This document shows positions 17,587 to 35,723 of a stretch of DNA of 64,000 bases, one piece after another. The stretch's first letter is position 1; each line of letters begins with the position of its first letter. Below the pieces are notes generated by a model that was not told the DNA's origin, made no database searches, and worked only from the letters and a program-made list of their open reading frames with translations. The position numbers were made by a program, and so were the translations under genes. Origin of the DNA: Escherichia coli (lineage in GTDB: Bacteria > Pseudomonadota > Gammaproteobacteria > Enterobacterales > Enterobacteriaceae); NCBI RefSeq assembly GCF_048403405.1, contig NZ_CP183129.1; one strand, given 5' to 3'.

Positions 17587-17698
17587 CATGGCACGAAAGA
17601 CCAAACATTTGTTATCAAATAGTAAATAATAAGTGAGCTAAAAGTTGCTTAACGAAAGCAAAACAGAAAGAAAAAATTAATCAGGTGAGGAGCAGGCC

Positions 17699-21406
<3,708 letters not shown>

Positions 21407-21409
21407 CGC

Positions 21410-22129
21410 TTATTCCCATGCATGAGGCGCAAAAAGATAGCCTTTGTTACGCACAGTTTTAATGCGATAAGGTTCTGCGGCGTTATCGAGCAGTTTTTTT
21501 CTTAACCGCGAAATAGCCACGTCCACGCTACGATCCAGTCCGTCATAACTGACGCCACGTAAATTTTTCAGCAATGCATCGCGGTCCATGATTTGCCCAG
21601 CATGGGTAGCTAATTCCCACAATAATTCGAAATCAGCTGTCGAGAGCGAGATTTCAGTGTTAGCCAGGGTGACTACGCGGTTGATAGGATCGATGGTCAA
21701 CGTGCCGAAATGCAGGGCTTTGTAGGGAGTCAGAGACGTTTCCTGAAGACCTTTGCTCAGTGTGGCTTGCTCATTCTGACGCAAATGCAAACGTAAACGC
21801 GCTAACAAAACAGCAGGGGGCGTCGTTTTGAGAATATAGTCGCAGGCTCCCATTTCCAGTGCCAGGATGTGGTTCATATCGCTATCGAGAGAGGTTAGAA
21901 GAACAATTGGTCCGGACCACTTTGCGCGTAAATCACGACAAATGGTCATGCCGTCCTTGCCTGGTAGCATGATGTCGAGTAACACCAAATCCGGATTTTC
22001 TCGCAGAATAGTTTCTTCGGCCTGGTCGCCGCGCGGCTCTACGGTAACCTGCATATCATGTTTTGCCAGGTACGCGGCAATCAGTGAACCGACTTCCGCA
22101 TCATCTTCCACAAATACGATAGTGTTCAT
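21410..22129 (-). CDS. rstA: OmpR-family response regulator RstA
   Basis: Supplied ORF 21410..22189 has an extension; recalled 239-aa RstA begins MNTIVFVEDDAEVG (cat at 22127..22129). Receiver domain plus winged-helix output. Confidence 0.9.
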   Translation of the reverse strand: MNTIVFVEDDAEVGSLIAAYLAKHDMQVTVEPRGDQAEETILRENPDLVLLDIMLPGKDGMTICRDLRAKWSGPIVLLTSLDSDMNHILALEMGACDYILKTTPPAVLLARLRLHLRQNEQATLSKGLQETSLTPYKALHFGTLTIDPINRVVTLANTEISLSTADFELLWELATHAGQIMDRDALLKNLRGVSYDGLDRSVDVAISRLRKKLLDNAAEPYRIKTVRNKGYLFAPHAWE

Positions 22130-22257
22130 ATTATTCACGGTAGATATAAAAACGTCACAATACACCGCGCTGTTTTTACTTACTATCAATCGTTTCTAAA
22201 CAAGTTTTCATCAGGTATTCTACTGATGACTTGTTATGGAAGTGTTAAGGTAAAAAG

Positions 22258-22593
22258 ATGGGGCTGGTAATCAAAGCCGCGCTCGGTGCGCTGGTAGTGC
22301 TGTTGATTGGTGTTTTAGCAAAAACGAAAAATTATTATATCGCCGGGCTGATCCCACTTTTCCCGACCTTTGCGCTCATCGCGCATTATATTGTTGCCAG
22401 CGAACGCGGCATTGAAGCCTTACGCGCAACCATCATTTTTAGCATGTGGTCGATTATTCCCTATTTTGTTTACCTGGCGTCGCTGTGGTATTTCACCGGA
22501 ATGATGCGCTTGCCCGCCGCTTTTGTTGGTTCTGTTGCGTGTTGGGGGATAAGCGCATGGGTGTTGATTATATGCTGGATAAAGCTGCATTAA
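22258..22593 (+). CDS. ydgC: GlpM-family inner-membrane protein YdgC
   Basis: 111-aa hydrophobic protein; convergent 4-nt overlap with the folM stop. Confidence 0.9.
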   Translation: MGLVIKAALGALVVLLIGVLAKTKNYYIAGLIPLFPTFALIAHYIVASERGIEALRATIIFSMWSIIPYFVYLASLWYFTGMMRLPAAFVGSVACWGISAWVLIICWIKLH

Positions 22594-23312
22594 CGCAGAT
22601 GACGACCGCCATCAAGAGGGAAACTGCGTCCGGTGACAAAGCAGCTGGTAAGTAAGTAATCGACCAGGTCGATCACTTCTTTCTCGCCAGGCGCGGTTTT
22701 CATCAGTGATTTATTCAGCGCCTGTTGTCGATATTCGGCATCATCATGTTCATTAAACAGGATCAGCGATGGCGCAATAGAATTCACTTTCACTTCCGGT
22801 GCCAGCTTGCGGGCAAACGAGCGGGTCATATTATCCAGTGCCGCTTTGCTTGCAGCATACGCAACATGTTTGTCGCTACCGCGCTCCACCACATAATCGG
22901 TAAAGTGAATGATATCGCTGGCGGCGTGTCCGTGCCCACGCAGTAATCTTTCCAGCGCATGGTTGAGCAGGTATGGGGTATTAACGTGGATCTGCATCAT
23001 GCAAGCCAGTACGTCGGCCAGTGGTGTACCTGGTTTTTCTGCCATCCACGCACTGGCGTTATGCAAAATAGCACGCAGACCATGGGTGCTTTTTAGTACT
23101 TCATCGGCAAACGCCATCACACCGTCGTTGGTCGAAAAATCAGCCTGAATACACTGCGCACCTGCGTTAATCAGTCCATCAATGGCTGGATAGTGCGTCC
23201 GATAGCTGATAATCACCGGTTGCTTTTGATTAATGAAATGCCATGCGAGGGCGAGGCCGATGCGACGACCACCGCCAGTAATTAATATTGGCAAGGGCTG
23301 GGCTTTACCCAT
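22590..23312 (-). CDS. folM: dihydromonapterin / dihydrofolate reductase (SDR family)
   Basis: 240-aa SDR (ITGGGRRIG cofactor motif; YAASKAAL active site) recognised as FolM. Confidence 0.9.
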   Translation of the reverse strand: MGKAQPLPILITGGGRRIGLALAWHFINQKQPVIISYRTHYPAIDGLINAGAQCIQADFSTNDGVMAFADEVLKSTHGLRAILHNASAWMAEKPGTPLADVLACMMQIHVNTPYLLNHALERLLRGHGHAASDIIHFTDYVVERGSDKHVAYAASKAALDNMTRSFARKLAPEVKVNSIAPSLILFNEHDDAEYRQQALNKSLMKTAPGEKEVIDLVDYLLTSCFVTGRSFPLDGGRHLR

Positions 23313-23348
23313 CGTTATCTCCTTTGCTATCCAACGATGGGATGAACG

Positions 23349-24731
23349 TTATCCCACCAGCATCCAGGTCGCCGGAACTGAGGCAATTAACAGCATGCCA
23401 ATCAGCACCATTTCCTGACGATTCAGTACATTATCATGGGTATGCGTTTTACGCGCGTACAGGAAAACCAGCAGCCCCGGTGCATACAGAACAACGGATA
23501 ACAGCAAGTGCATTGGACCAGAGGCGTACAATAACCATAAGCCATAAATGCAGGCACCGACACCTACCGCTTTATGCAGTGGACGGGTTGCGATTTTCAG
23601 CAAGAACGCGCCGACCAGGAAATAGGGCACCAGAATCATTTCTGAGGCGATGGTCAGCAACGTGTTGTAATCGGAACCGGTCAGCCAGATGAGTACCAGA
23701 CAAATTTGCACGCAGATGTTGGTCAACCACAGTGAGGCGGATGGCGCAGCTTGTGTGTTCTGGCGCGCAAAAATGCGCGGGAATGCTTTATGAGTGGCGG
23801 CCAGGAACGGAACTTCTGCCGCCATGATGGTCCAGCTTAAGTACGCGCCGCAAACGGAAACGATTAAACCGGCAGCGATGATGATTTCGCCCCATGGTCC
23901 CATCATTTCCACCATCAGACCGGCCATTGACGGGTTACGAATTTCAGCCAGTTCAGGACGTGCCACCACACCCAACGAAAGCAGCGTTACCAGCAAGTAA
24001 ACGCCCAGAGCGGAGAGAACCGCCAGCAGTGTCGCTTTGCCAACATCACGTTTATTACGCGCACGCGCAGAAACAACCACGGCACCTTCCACACCAATGA
24101 AAACCCACAGGGTGATCAGCATGGTGTTTTTCACCTGTTCCCAAACGGGTACGCCAAGTGCAAGTCCGGTGAAGTCGAGCTTGAAGGTATCCAGTTTGAA
24201 CATCATCATCGCCAACACAACAAACAGACCCAGCGGCAACAGTTTTGCCAGTGTTGCCACCAGGTTAATGCTGGCAGCGGTTTGCACCCCGCGCAGGATC
24301 AAAAAGTGAACAATCCACAATAAAGCCGATGCACCGACGATCGATTGCCAGGTATTACCATCGCCAAACAGGCGCAATTCCGGCGTGTCCGTAAAAAAGC
24401 TTAACGCGGAAAAAACGATCACCAGATAGGAGACGTTGGCGATGACCGCGCACAGCCAGTATCCCCATGCGGAACAAAAGCCGATTAGCTCGCCAAACCC
24501 TTCGCGGGCATAGGTAAAGATACCGCCGTCAAGTTCGGGACGAATGCGCGTGAGGATCAGCATGGCAAAGGCCAGCAATAAAATGCCAGCGCCAGTAATG
24601 CCCCAGCCGATGAGCAGTGCTGCCGGGCTGGCAACTGCTGCCATATTTTGCGGCAGACTGAAAACACCCGCGCCCAGCATTGAGCTTAATACCAGCGCGG
24701 TGAGTGCGCTCAGTCCCAGTTTCTTTTCCAT
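23349..24731 (-). CDS. ydgI: APC-family basic amino acid antiporter (ArcD-like) YdgI
   Basis: 460-aa polytopic membrane protein at the K-12 ydgI position. Confidence 0.9.
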   Translation of the reverse strand: MEKKLGLSALTALVLSSMLGAGVFSLPQNMAAVASPAALLIGWGITGAGILLLAFAMLILTRIRPELDGGIFTYAREGFGELIGFCSAWGYWLCAVIANVSYLVIVFSALSFFTDTPELRLFGDGNTWQSIVGASALLWIVHFLILRGVQTAASINLVATLAKLLPLGLFVVLAMMMFKLDTFKLDFTGLALGVPVWEQVKNTMLITLWVFIGVEGAVVVSARARNKRDVGKATLLAVLSALGVYLLVTLLSLGVVARPELAEIRNPSMAGLMVEMMGPWGEIIIAAGLIVSVCGAYLSWTIMAAEVPFLAATHKAFPRIFARQNTQAAPSASLWLTNICVQICLVLIWLTGSDYNTLLTIASEMILVPYFLVGAFLLKIATRPLHKAVGVGACIYGLWLLYASGPMHLLLSVVLYAPGLLVFLYARKTHTHDNVLNRQEMVLIGMLLIASVPATWMLVG

Positions 24732-24867
24732 CGATATCCAGTGATTAAAACGTGATAAGAAGAATAAATATTAGGGCAAAACGCATAAAAATGGAGTTTG
24801 CCACTGAAGCGCGGGATTTTACGAAGAGATGTGTCTGCATGCAATGGTCGCGGGGAAATTTGTGACT

Positions 24868-24897
24868 AAAAATGCGAAAGGCGGCATCAAGCCGCCT
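24868..24897 (-). terminator. intrinsic terminator after ydgH
   Basis: Hairpin aggcggc-atcaa-gccgcct; on the minus strand it is followed by a T-rich tract, about 20 nt past the ydgH stop. Confidence 0.6.
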
Positions 24898-24916
24898 TAT
24901 AGGAGTAACTGAATAG

Positions 24917-25861
24917 TTATTTATACAGATCTGCGCTGACGGTCAGGTTATTACCACGTTCCTGCCACTGGCGGGTGATGTGGTAATATTTAGCACCTTT
25001 CTTCGCGGCACGTTTCGCAACCTGATAGGAGACTTCAGTCATGTTGCCGTAGTTGCCAGAGAATTTGATGCTGTCGAACGGGACCATCATCGCTGCGGTC
25101 GCTTTGTTCAGTTCTTCGACTTTAGTGCCGTCAGGAAGCGTGACAGTGTAACGCCCGCCTTTTGATGACTGGGTTTCAAAGAAGCGACCGACTTCAGAGC
25201 TTGGTGATGCGGTAGTCGCAACACCCGGAATCTCAACTTTCTTCGCGGCTTCGCCACCGGCAGCCAGAGCTGCACGTCCTGCTTCGGAATCTGCCGGGAT
25301 CACATCCGGGCTCTGGACGATACGTTTCTTCGCATCTTTTTTATAGATGAATGCAGTAATACGCTGGTTGCCGCCCTGGTTGGCATCGATTTGACGAACG
25401 ATGTAGAAAGAGTAGGCACCTTTCGCTTTTGCCGCTTTGGTGATGGCATCATTGACTTCTGGCTGGCTACGATAGAAGCCCTGGACGGTGACCGTGTCAA
25501 ACGGTTCAATCAGAACAGCCTGATCTTTCGGCAGTTCGACAACACCGTTAATTACGCGATTACTTGTTTCTTCTGCTTTTTCAGCATCGGCTTTATAGAG
25601 GTCAGCGACCACACGCCAGTTACCGCTGTTACCAAAATCAGAAGTGTCGACAACATAAAAAGAGGCGGCACCTTCTTTATCTGCGCGACGAGAAACGGCT
25701 TTCACCGCTTCGCCAATAGCATTAAAACGACCGGTAACCACTACACGGTCAAAAGGTTTAACCGCTGCCGCTTGCTCCGGTGTCAGTTCTGTTGCTGCGT
25801 TAACGGAGAATGCCGTAGCAGAAAGCAGTGCCGACGCCAGGAGGGTGTTCTTAAGCTTCAT
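24917..25861 (-). CDS. ydgH: DUF1471 (YdgH/BhsA/McbA-like) periplasmic protein
   Basis: 314-aa protein with signal peptide and three internal DUF1471-like repeats (recurring FYVV/FYIV segments). Confidence 0.9.
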   Translation of the reverse strand: MKLKNTLLASALLSATAFSVNAATELTPEQAAAVKPFDRVVVTGRFNAIGEAVKAVSRRADKEGAASFYVVDTSDFGNSGNWRVVADLYKADAEKAEETSNRVINGVVELPKDQAVLIEPFDTVTVQGFYRSQPEVNDAITKAAKAKGAYSFYIVRQIDANQGGNQRITAFIYKKDAKKRIVQSPDVIPADSEAGRAALAAGGEAAKKVEIPGVATTASPSSEVGRFFETQSSKGGRYTVTLPDGTKVEELNKATAAMMVPFDSIKFSGNYGNMTEVSYQVAKRAAKKGAKYYHITRQWQERGNNLTVSADLYK

Positions 25862-26321
25862 AAAAATAATCCTTCGCCTTGCGCAAACCAGGTACTGGTA
25901 TTGTTATTAACGAGAAACGTGGCTGATTATTGCATTTAAACGGTGTAACTGTCTGCGTCATTTTTCATATCACATTCCTTAAGCCAATTTTAATCCTGCT
26001 CAAATGACCGTCTATGCTTAAAAAACAGCCGTATCAGCATCAATACTACTGAAGCAACTGAATTGTATAAGTTAATTTAATGTTAAGTAGTGATTCGTGC
26101 CGGGGCGATGTCTCGTTTTACCTGACCGTCGAAGACAATTATCAGTCTTTATCCAACGTTCTAAGGTGTTTATCCCACTATCACGGCTGAATCGTTAATA
26201 TTTTGCGAGTTCACGCCGAAATACTGATTTTTGGCGCTAGATCACAGGCATAATTTTCAGTACGTTATAGGGCGTTTGTTACTAATTTATTTTAACGGAG
26301 TAACATTTAGCTCGTACATGA

Positions 26322-27917
<1,596 letters not shown>

Positions 27918-27924
27918 GGGGTAA

Positions 27925-29316
<1,392 letters not shown>

Positions 29317-29321
29317 CCCTG

Positions 29322-29350
29322 ACGGCCTCTGCGGAGGCCGTCACTCTTTA
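29322..29350 (+). terminator. putative bidirectional terminator between pntB and tqsA
   Basis: Hairpin acggcctc-tgcg-gaggccgt followed by a T-rich stretch; overlaps the convergent tqsA stop. Confidence 0.5.
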
Positions 29351-30375
29351 TTGAGATCGCTTAACAGAACGGCGATGCTTTGACCTCCCGCTGTTTGTTC
29401 AAGCGCAATTTTGACAATAATTGTCAACGGCACGGAAAGCAGCATACCCACCGGTCCTAACAACCATCCCCAAAAAATCAACGACAAAAATACCACCAAT
29501 GTGGAAAGCCCCAGCCCACGCCCCATGATGCGTGGCTCCAGAATATTGCCGAAGACCAGATTAATCAGCAGATATCCCGCCAGCACGAACAACGCTTCGT
29601 AGAAGCCATTAAACACCAGTACCTGAGCGATAGGGGGGATTGCCGCGAGAACTGAACCAATATTCGGGATGTAATTAAGCGCAAAGGCCAGCAATCCCCA
29701 GACAAAAGCGAAGCGAACATCGAGTGCGGCGAGCATCGCCCAGGCGACCAGGCCGGTGATGATGCTGATGGCTGTTTTCAGCACCAGATAATGAGACACA
29801 CTGTCAATCGCACGCTGAATCGCCGCCATCCCTTCAACCGGACGCGCCATCATTTGCTGAAATTTTCCGGGCAATTGTGGCACTTCGAGCAGCATAAACA
29901 GCACCGTCAGCAGCAATAAAAATATTGATGACATGGCATTAGATAACTGCGTCAATAAGTTGGTGAGCAACGTCATCGCCGCGTTCGGATCAATGTAATG
30001 CGCCAGCTGGTCAACTGAGACGTCAATCCCTACGCGTTGCAACAACGGTTCAAGCGCTTGCAGCGGCGTCATAATAGAGTTGCGATATTGCGGTAACGTC
30101 CGCGTCAACTCGTTGAGTGCGGAACCCAGATAAGCTAACAGCAACACCATCGCCATCACGATGATGGTCATCAAAATCGACACCGCCAGTACACGCGGCA
30201 CTCGCCAGCGGACCATGTGTTGCACCAGCGGGTTAAGAATAACAGCAATAAATAATGCGAGAATAAACGGCACGATGATCTCGGCGGCAAAACGGATACC
30301 GCAGAGAATAATGACCAGCATTCCCAACATAATGACGATTTTTAGGCCATTGAGCGTGATGATCGGCTTTGCCAT
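29341..30375 (-). CDS. tqsA: autoinducer-2 exporter (AI-2E family)
   Basis: 344-aa polytopic membrane protein at the K-12 tqsA (ydgG) position. Confidence 0.9.
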   Translation of the reverse strand: MAKPIITLNGLKIVIMLGMLVIILCGIRFAAEIIVPFILALFIAVILNPLVQHMVRWRVPRVLAVSILMTIIVMAMVLLLAYLGSALNELTRTLPQYRNSIMTPLQALEPLLQRVGIDVSVDQLAHYIDPNAAMTLLTNLLTQLSNAMSSIFLLLLTVLFMLLEVPQLPGKFQQMMARPVEGMAAIQRAIDSVSHYLVLKTAISIITGLVAWAMLAALDVRFAFVWGLLAFALNYIPNIGSVLAAIPPIAQVLVFNGFYEALFVLAGYLLINLVFGNILEPRIMGRGLGLSTLVVFLSLIFWGWLLGPVGMLLSVPLTIIVKIALEQTAGGQSIAVLLSDLNKE

Positions 30376-30786
30376 GCTTGTCCCCGTTTTTTCTTCCTTT
30401 GCTAATAATAATGTCTTTTTCGCTCCGTCATCATAACGAAAATCAAACTGCTCAGGTAAAGAAGTGAAAATATTTTGAGTTAATTCTTAAGCTATGATAC
30501 AAATCAGGCGTGTTCAACTACCGAGGACAATTATCATCCGCGATGACGAGAAGCAACACTGCGGATAATTGTAATATTATGGACAATTTTTTCAGGACGT
30601 TATTTTCTACATTTACCCATCTTCGTACCTCATCCACTATCTTGCTCGTAGGTGAGCAGCACTGGCGCAACGCGCTTTAGTCCTTTCTTCTGCCTAAGCT
30701 TGCGCTATGCGCGGGGCTTGACCACTTTACTTTGGTTTCGCTGAAATAAGCGAAAATTAAAATAATTCTCTTGCAGGAGAAGGACA

Positions 30787-31152
30787 ATGTATATTTATTG
30801 GATTTTATTAGGCCTGGCTATTGCTACGGAAATTACCGGTACGCTGTCAATGAAATGGGCGAGCGTCAGTGAGGGAAATGGCGGCTTTATTTTAATGCTG
30901 GTGATGATTTCTCTGTCGTATATATTTCTCTCTTTCGCCGTTAAAAAAATCGCCTTAGGCGTGGCTTATGCGCTGTGGGAAGGTATCGGTATTTTATTTA
31001 TTACCTTGTTTAGCGTTTTGTTATTCGACGAAAGTTTATCGCTGATGAAAATTGCCGGGTTAACCACCCTGGTGGCCGGGATTGTATTGATCAAATCAGG
31101 TACCCGTAAAGCGCGTAAACCTGAACTGGAGGTGAACCATGGCGCAGTTTGA
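30787..31152 (+). CDS. mdtJ: SMR-family spermidine exporter subunit MdtJ
   Basis: 121-aa four-helix SMR-type protein. Confidence 0.9.
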
Positions 31153-31468
31153 ATGGGTTCACGCCGCCTGGCTGGCATTGGCAATCGTGCTGGAAATCGT
31201 TGCTAACGTTTTTTTGAAATTTTCTGACGGCTTTCGTCGCAAAATATTTGGCTTGCTCTCCCTGGCGGCGGTGCTGGCTGCCTTTAGTGCGCTTTCTCAG
31301 GCCGTTAAAGGGATCGACTTGTCTGTCGCTTATGCATTGTGGGGCGGGTTTGGTATTGCCGCCACGTTAGCCGCAGGTTGGATCTTGTTTGGTCAACGGT
31401 TAAATCGTAAAGGCTGGATTGGCCTGGTCTTGCTGTTGGCTGGAATGATCATGGTGAAACTTGCCTGA
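31139..31468 (+). CDS. mdtI: SMR-family spermidine exporter subunit MdtI
   Basis: 109-aa SMR-type protein; start overlaps the mdtJ 3' end by 14 nt. Confidence 0.9.
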
Positions 31469-31474
31469 TGAACA

Positions 31475-31505
31475 CGCTGCCCGCACTGTCGGGCAGCGTT
31501 TGAAC
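31475..31505 (+). terminator. intrinsic terminator after mdtI
   Basis: Hairpin cgctgcccg-cactgt-cgggcagcg followed by a T-rich tract; overlaps the convergent ydgD 3' end. Confidence 0.7.
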
Positions 31506-31506
31506 A

Positions 31507-32328
31507 TTATTTTTGCGACAGTTGATCCAGCTTGTCGCGAAAACCGGTAACAGAAATGGCCCGGTTATCGGCGCGCCAGCGATCTTTCGCGGCAGGAGCC
31601 GAACTTTGCACCCCAATTAATTGCCAGCCGTCATTGGTATGCAACATCAGAGGCGAACCGCTGTCACCCGGCAAGGTATCGCACTGATGTGACATCACCG
31701 ACGTTTGCGCCCAGCCAGTCACTTCACAGTTTTGATGACTGTACAACGTATCGAGATGATCTTCAGGGTATCCTGCCTGAGTCACTTTACGGCCAGCCGA
31801 TTTTAATGCGGCGGTAAGCGCGGCTTTATCTCCCTCAAATAACGGCAACGGTGTAATGCCAGAAGGGGGATTACGTAGCACAATCAAACCGAAGTCCCAC
31901 GGCGCAGCTGCGGGAGGAACAATCCAACCATCCCCATCTGCTTTTAACCGCTTTCCCAGTGTCGGATCAACGCGGCCTTCTATGTCGTGGATCTCATAGC
32001 GCCAAAGACCTTTATTTGACACGAAACGCAGCGCTACCGCTTTATCGGCTTTACCCTTTGGCGGCGTCAATAAACAGTGTCCTGCCGTTAATGCCAGATT
32101 GGGTGCAATCAGCGTCGCCGTACATAAATTGCCGCTGGCCGTTTCCAGTTGGCCAACCGCATCCCACGGTGATTGGGTCGTGTCATTCACTGGCACACGA
32201 TCATCATGACCAAAAAACAGGGTGCTGACCTCATCGTTTGCCGATTTGGCAACGTCTGGTTTATCTGCAAACACAAAAGCAGACGTCAAACTAATTGCAC
32301 CCAACACTACAGCAATGGTTGTACGCAT
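31507..32328 (-). CDS. ydgD: secreted trypsin-like serine protease YdgD
   Basis: 273-aa protein with signal peptide, TAGHC histidine motif and GDSGSPL serine motif. Confidence 0.9.
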   Translation of the reverse strand: MRTTIAVVLGAISLTSAFVFADKPDVAKSANDEVSTLFFGHDDRVPVNDTTQSPWDAVGQLETASGNLCTATLIAPNLALTAGHCLLTPPKGKADKAVALRFVSNKGLWRYEIHDIEGRVDPTLGKRLKADGDGWIVPPAAAPWDFGLIVLRNPPSGITPLPLFEGDKAALTAALKSAGRKVTQAGYPEDHLDTLYSHQNCEVTGWAQTSVMSHQCDTLPGDSGSPLMLHTNDGWQLIGVQSSAPAAKDRWRADNRAISVTGFRDKLDQLSQK

Positions 32329-32427
32329 ATCACACTCTGGTGGGTAATTATGATTATTAAAAGCAAACCCTCATAAATACTATAGACGGGACGGGATGAA
32401 AGTGGGAGTAAAATCAGATAACTACGA

Positions 32428-32511
32428 TCAGGAAAGATAAAAACGGGCGGCAATCAGTGCGCATAAAATAAGGATGATAAGAATGAACTCAAAGCGATAA
32501 CGGCCCACCAT
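32428..32511 (-). CDS. ydgU: 27-aa hydrophobic micro-protein
   Basis: Hand-translated minus-strand ORF MVGRYRFEFILIILILCALIAARFYLS between asr and ydgD; below the ORF-track size cut-off. Matches my memory of a 27-aa YdgU at this position. Confidence 0.55.
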   Translation of the reverse strand: MVGRYRFEFILIILILCALIAARFYLS

Positions 32512-32603
32512 ACTACCCTCCGCTAAAGGCGGTGCTAAACGTTATCCGCTTAGCACCGTAATTTTCAGGCGCGAGGGGGCGCGCCAGCATTACTATTGAT
32601 AAC

Positions 32604-32912
32604 TTACGCTGCGGGTTGTGCAGCAGGTTTTGCCGGTTGCTGATGGCTGTGTTTCTTGGCGTGTTTCTTCGCTGCCTGCGCTTTTTGTTCAGGAGCTTTC
32701 TGTTCAGCTTTGGCATTTTTATGATGCTTTTTAGCCGCCTGCGCTTTCTGGGCAGGTGCTGCTTTATGCTGTTTTTTATGATGTGTGGTTTTCGCCGGCG
32801 CTGCTTTGGTGGTCGTCGCAGTCGGAGCAGGTGTGGTCGCAGTCTCTGCAGCAAAGGCAGCAGAAGACAGACCCATAGCAGCGGCAACAACCAGAGCTAA
32901 TACTTTTTTCAT
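32604..32912 (-). CDS. asr: acid shock protein precursor
   Basis: Supplied ORF 32604..32939 has an extension; recalled 102-aa Asr starts [21 protein letters not shown] (cat at 32910..32912) and continues as a low-complexity Lys/Ala/Gln/His-rich repetitive protein. Confidence 0.9.
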   Translation of the reverse strand: MKKVLALVVAAAMGLSSAAFAAETATTPAPTATTTKAAPAKTTHHKKQHKAAPAQKAQAAKKHHKNAKAEQKAPEQKAQAAKKHAKKHSHQQPAKPAAQPAA

Positions 32913-33335
32913 TGTCATACCCTCAATTTGTTTTTTCATTTAACCCCACTGCGGGGCCGTTGAAATAACTATATCCCTGGGAATGGCAGACTTCCGTGAG
33001 TGGTTGGTTTCAGCGTGTAACGATATGTACAAACGCTGAATAAATTACAGCGTTGATAATAACGTATTGTGACTTAAGGGAAATTTAGCTACCAATAATA
33101 GTAGTCTTGATCGGGTTAACTATTTTACTACTTACAAAGCGGTAGAATAACTGCGCATCAGTAATAAATGACACACAGCAAAATGAATCCGTTTATTTGG
33201 GTACTTATAATCCTGATGACACTAGATGCGCTGCGGGAATTGGCTGGCGCTTCGTCTATTTTAGGATGGCTATTAACGTTGGTTTGAGCAGACAATAAGT
33301 CCGGATGGGTATTTACCGCAGTCCGGACTTATTTT

Positions 33336-34589
33336 TCAGGCGTGCAGACGACGATGCAAACGCGTCCCGACCAGCAGAGCAATGACCAGCATCAGAGCAA
33401 TAAATGCGCCGACGCCGTTCCAGCCATAGTTATGCCAGAAAACACCACCCAGCGTCCCGGCAATACTCGACCCCAGATAGTAACTGAACAGATACAGCGA
33501 GGAGGCCTGGCCTTTAGCGCGTTTTGCTCGGGGGCCGATCCAGCTGCTGGCTACTGAGTGGGCTGCGAAGAATCCGGCTGAGAAGAGTAACATTCCGGCA
33601 AAGATCAGCCACAGCGAGCTAAATAAGGTCATCAGTAAACCAAACAGCATAACCCCCGTCGAAAACAACATCACCGGACCGCGCCCATAGCGGGTGGTCA
33701 TGGTTCCGGCTTTGGGTGAGCTCCATGTACCGGTCAAATAGGCCAGCGATAATAAGCCAACCACAGCCTGACTGACATGCCAGGGGGAGAGCATCAACCG
33801 ATAGCCGATGTAATTAAACAGCGTGACGAACGACCCCATCAGCAAAAAGCCTTCTGCGAACAATAACGGTAATCCCCGGTCACGCCAGTGCAGACGAAAG
33901 TTGATAAACAACGTCTTAGGTCGCAGCGAAGTCGGGCGAAAATGGCGTGATTCAGGGAGGATTTTCCAGAACATTAACGCCGAGGCCAGCGCGAAACAAC
34001 CGATTGCCGCCAGCGCAATTCGCCAGTTGAAAAAGTCCGTGAAGACACCGCTAATTAAGCGTCCGCTCATGCCGCCAATTGAGTTGCCGCTGATATACAA
34101 CCCCATCGAAAAGGCCACGAAACTGGGGTGGATTTCCTCACTAAGATAAGTCATGCCAACAGCTGCTACGCCACTTAACGAAAGCCCAATCAAGGCGCGC
34201 ATAATCAAAATGCCGTGCCAGCTGGTCATCATTGTTGAAAGTAATGTGCAAATGGAGGCCAACAGTAGCGCCGTTACCATCACTGGTTTGCGACCAATGG
34301 CATCGGATAGCGGGCCAGTAAACAGCAAACCGATAGCCAACATCGCCGTGGAAATGGACAGTGAAATACTACTGTTCGCGGGTGTTAAGCCAAACTCTTG
34401 TGAAAGCACCGGAAGGATAGGTTGCACACAATAGAGAAGTGCGAAGGTTGCCAGTCCGGCAGAGAACAGCGCCAGGGTGACGCGCATAAATTGCGGCGTA
34501 CCGCGTTTAATAAATTGATTTGGCTGAGAAATGCTTTGCTTGTCAGTGTCGCTTGCCGGAGCGCCATCAACAGTTGTAGTACGGCTCAC
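33336..34589 (-). CDS. ynfM: MFS transporter YnfM
   Basis: 417-aa, about 12-helix MFS-like protein; divergent from LysR regulator ynfL. Confidence 0.9.
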   Translation of the reverse strand: MSRTTTVDGAPASDTDKQSISQPNQFIKRGTPQFMRVTLALFSAGLATFALLYCVQPILPVLSQEFGLTPANSSISLSISTAMLAIGLLFTGPLSDAIGRKPVMVTALLLASICTLLSTMMTSWHGILIMRALIGLSLSGVAAVGMTYLSEEIHPSFVAFSMGLYISGNSIGGMSGRLISGVFTDFFNWRIALAAIGCFALASALMFWKILPESRHFRPTSLRPKTLFINFRLHWRDRGLPLLFAEGFLLMGSFVTLFNYIGYRLMLSPWHVSQAVVGLLSLAYLTGTWSSPKAGTMTTRYGRGPVMLFSTGVMLFGLLMTLFSSLWLIFAGMLLFSAGFFAAHSVASSWIGPRAKRAKGQASSLYLFSYYLGSSIAGTLGGVFWHNYGWNGVGAFIALMLVIALLVGTRLHRRLHA

Positions 34590-34695
34590 TTGAAATCCTT
34601 GCTAAATATGCCTGTGGATCAGGCTTATGAATAGATTAGGAAAATCGAATTGTTCTGTCTAATATATTAATAATCTCAAATAAGATGTTTTAAAT

Positions 34696-35589
34696 ATGAA
34701 TATTGAACTTCGTCATCTGCGTTACTTTGTTGCGGTTGCAGAAGAGCTGCATTTCGGGCGCGCCGCTGCCCGCCTGAATATTTCGCAACCACCGCTAAGT
34801 CAACAGATTCAGGCGCTGGAGCAACAAATTGGTGCCCGACTGCTGGCACGGACCAATCGCAGTGTATTGCTGACGGCAGCAGGAAAACAGTTTCTTGTAG
34901 ATAGTCGGCAAATCCTGTCTATGGTGGATGATGCTGCCGCTCGCGCTGAAAGACTGCATCAGGGTGAAGCGGGGGAGTTGCGCATTGGTTTTACTTCGTC
35001 CGCTCCTTTTATTCGGGCGGTGTCCGATACGTTATCGCTGTTTCGCCGTGATTATCCCGATGTCCATTTACAAACCCGCGAAATGAACACTCGCGAGCAA
35101 ATCGCTCCGCTCATTGAAGGAACGCTGGATATGGGATTGCTGCGTAACACAGCGTTACCGGAGACGCTTGAACACGCAGTCATCGTCCATGAACCGCTTA
35201 TGGCGATGATCCCGCACGATCATCCCCTGGCAAATAACCCGAGTGTAACGCTGGCTGAACTGGCGAAAGAACCCTTTGTCTTTTTTGATCCGCACGTAGG
35301 GACAGGGCTGTATGACGATATTCTCGGGCTGATGCGACGTTACAATTTGACGCCCGTCATCACTCAGGAGGTGGGTGAGGCAATGACCATCATCGGTCTG
35401 GTTTCCGCTGGTCTGGGTGTTTCAATTTTGCCTGCGTCATTTAAACGTGTTCAGCTCAACGAAATGCGCTGGGTGCCGATTGCTGAAGAGGATGCGGTTT
35501 CTGAAATGTGGTTGGTCTGGCCGAAACACCATGAACAAAGTCCGGCTGCGCGTAACTTTCGTATTCATCTGCTGAATGCTCTCAGGTGA
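34696..35589 (+). CDS. ynfL: LysR-family transcriptional regulator
   Basis: 297-aa protein with LysR N-terminal HTH (LRHLRYFVAVAEELHFGRAAARLNISQPPLSQQI). Confidence 0.9.
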   Translation: MNIELRHLRYFVAVAEELHFGRAAARLNISQPPLSQQIQALEQQIGARLLARTNRSVLLTAAGKQFLVDSRQILSMVDDAAARAERLHQGEAGELRIGFTSSAPFIRAVSDTLSLFRRDYPDVHLQTREMNTREQIAPLIEGTLDMGLLRNTALPETLEHAVIVHEPLMAMIPHDHPLANNPSVTLAELAKEPFVFFDPHVGTGLYDDILGLMRRYNLTPVITQEVGEAMTIIGLVSAGLGVSILPASFKRVQLNEMRWVPIAEEDAVSEMWLVWPKHHEQSPAARNFRIHLLNALR

Positions 35590-35723
35590 GGGAAATTTCA
35601 GCGAAAAAGCCCGAAAAATGTGCTGTTAATCACATGCCTAAGTAAAAATTTGACGACACGTATTGAAGTGCTTCACCATAGCCTACAGATTATTTCGGAG
35701 CGCGAAAATATAGGGAGTATGCG

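Noticed and set aside
32513-32939. ORFs 32513..32890 and 32616..32900 encoding Arg/Leu/Pro-rich or Cys/Phe/Arg-rich peptides.
   Set aside because: Alternative frames of the repetitive, low-complexity asr gene.
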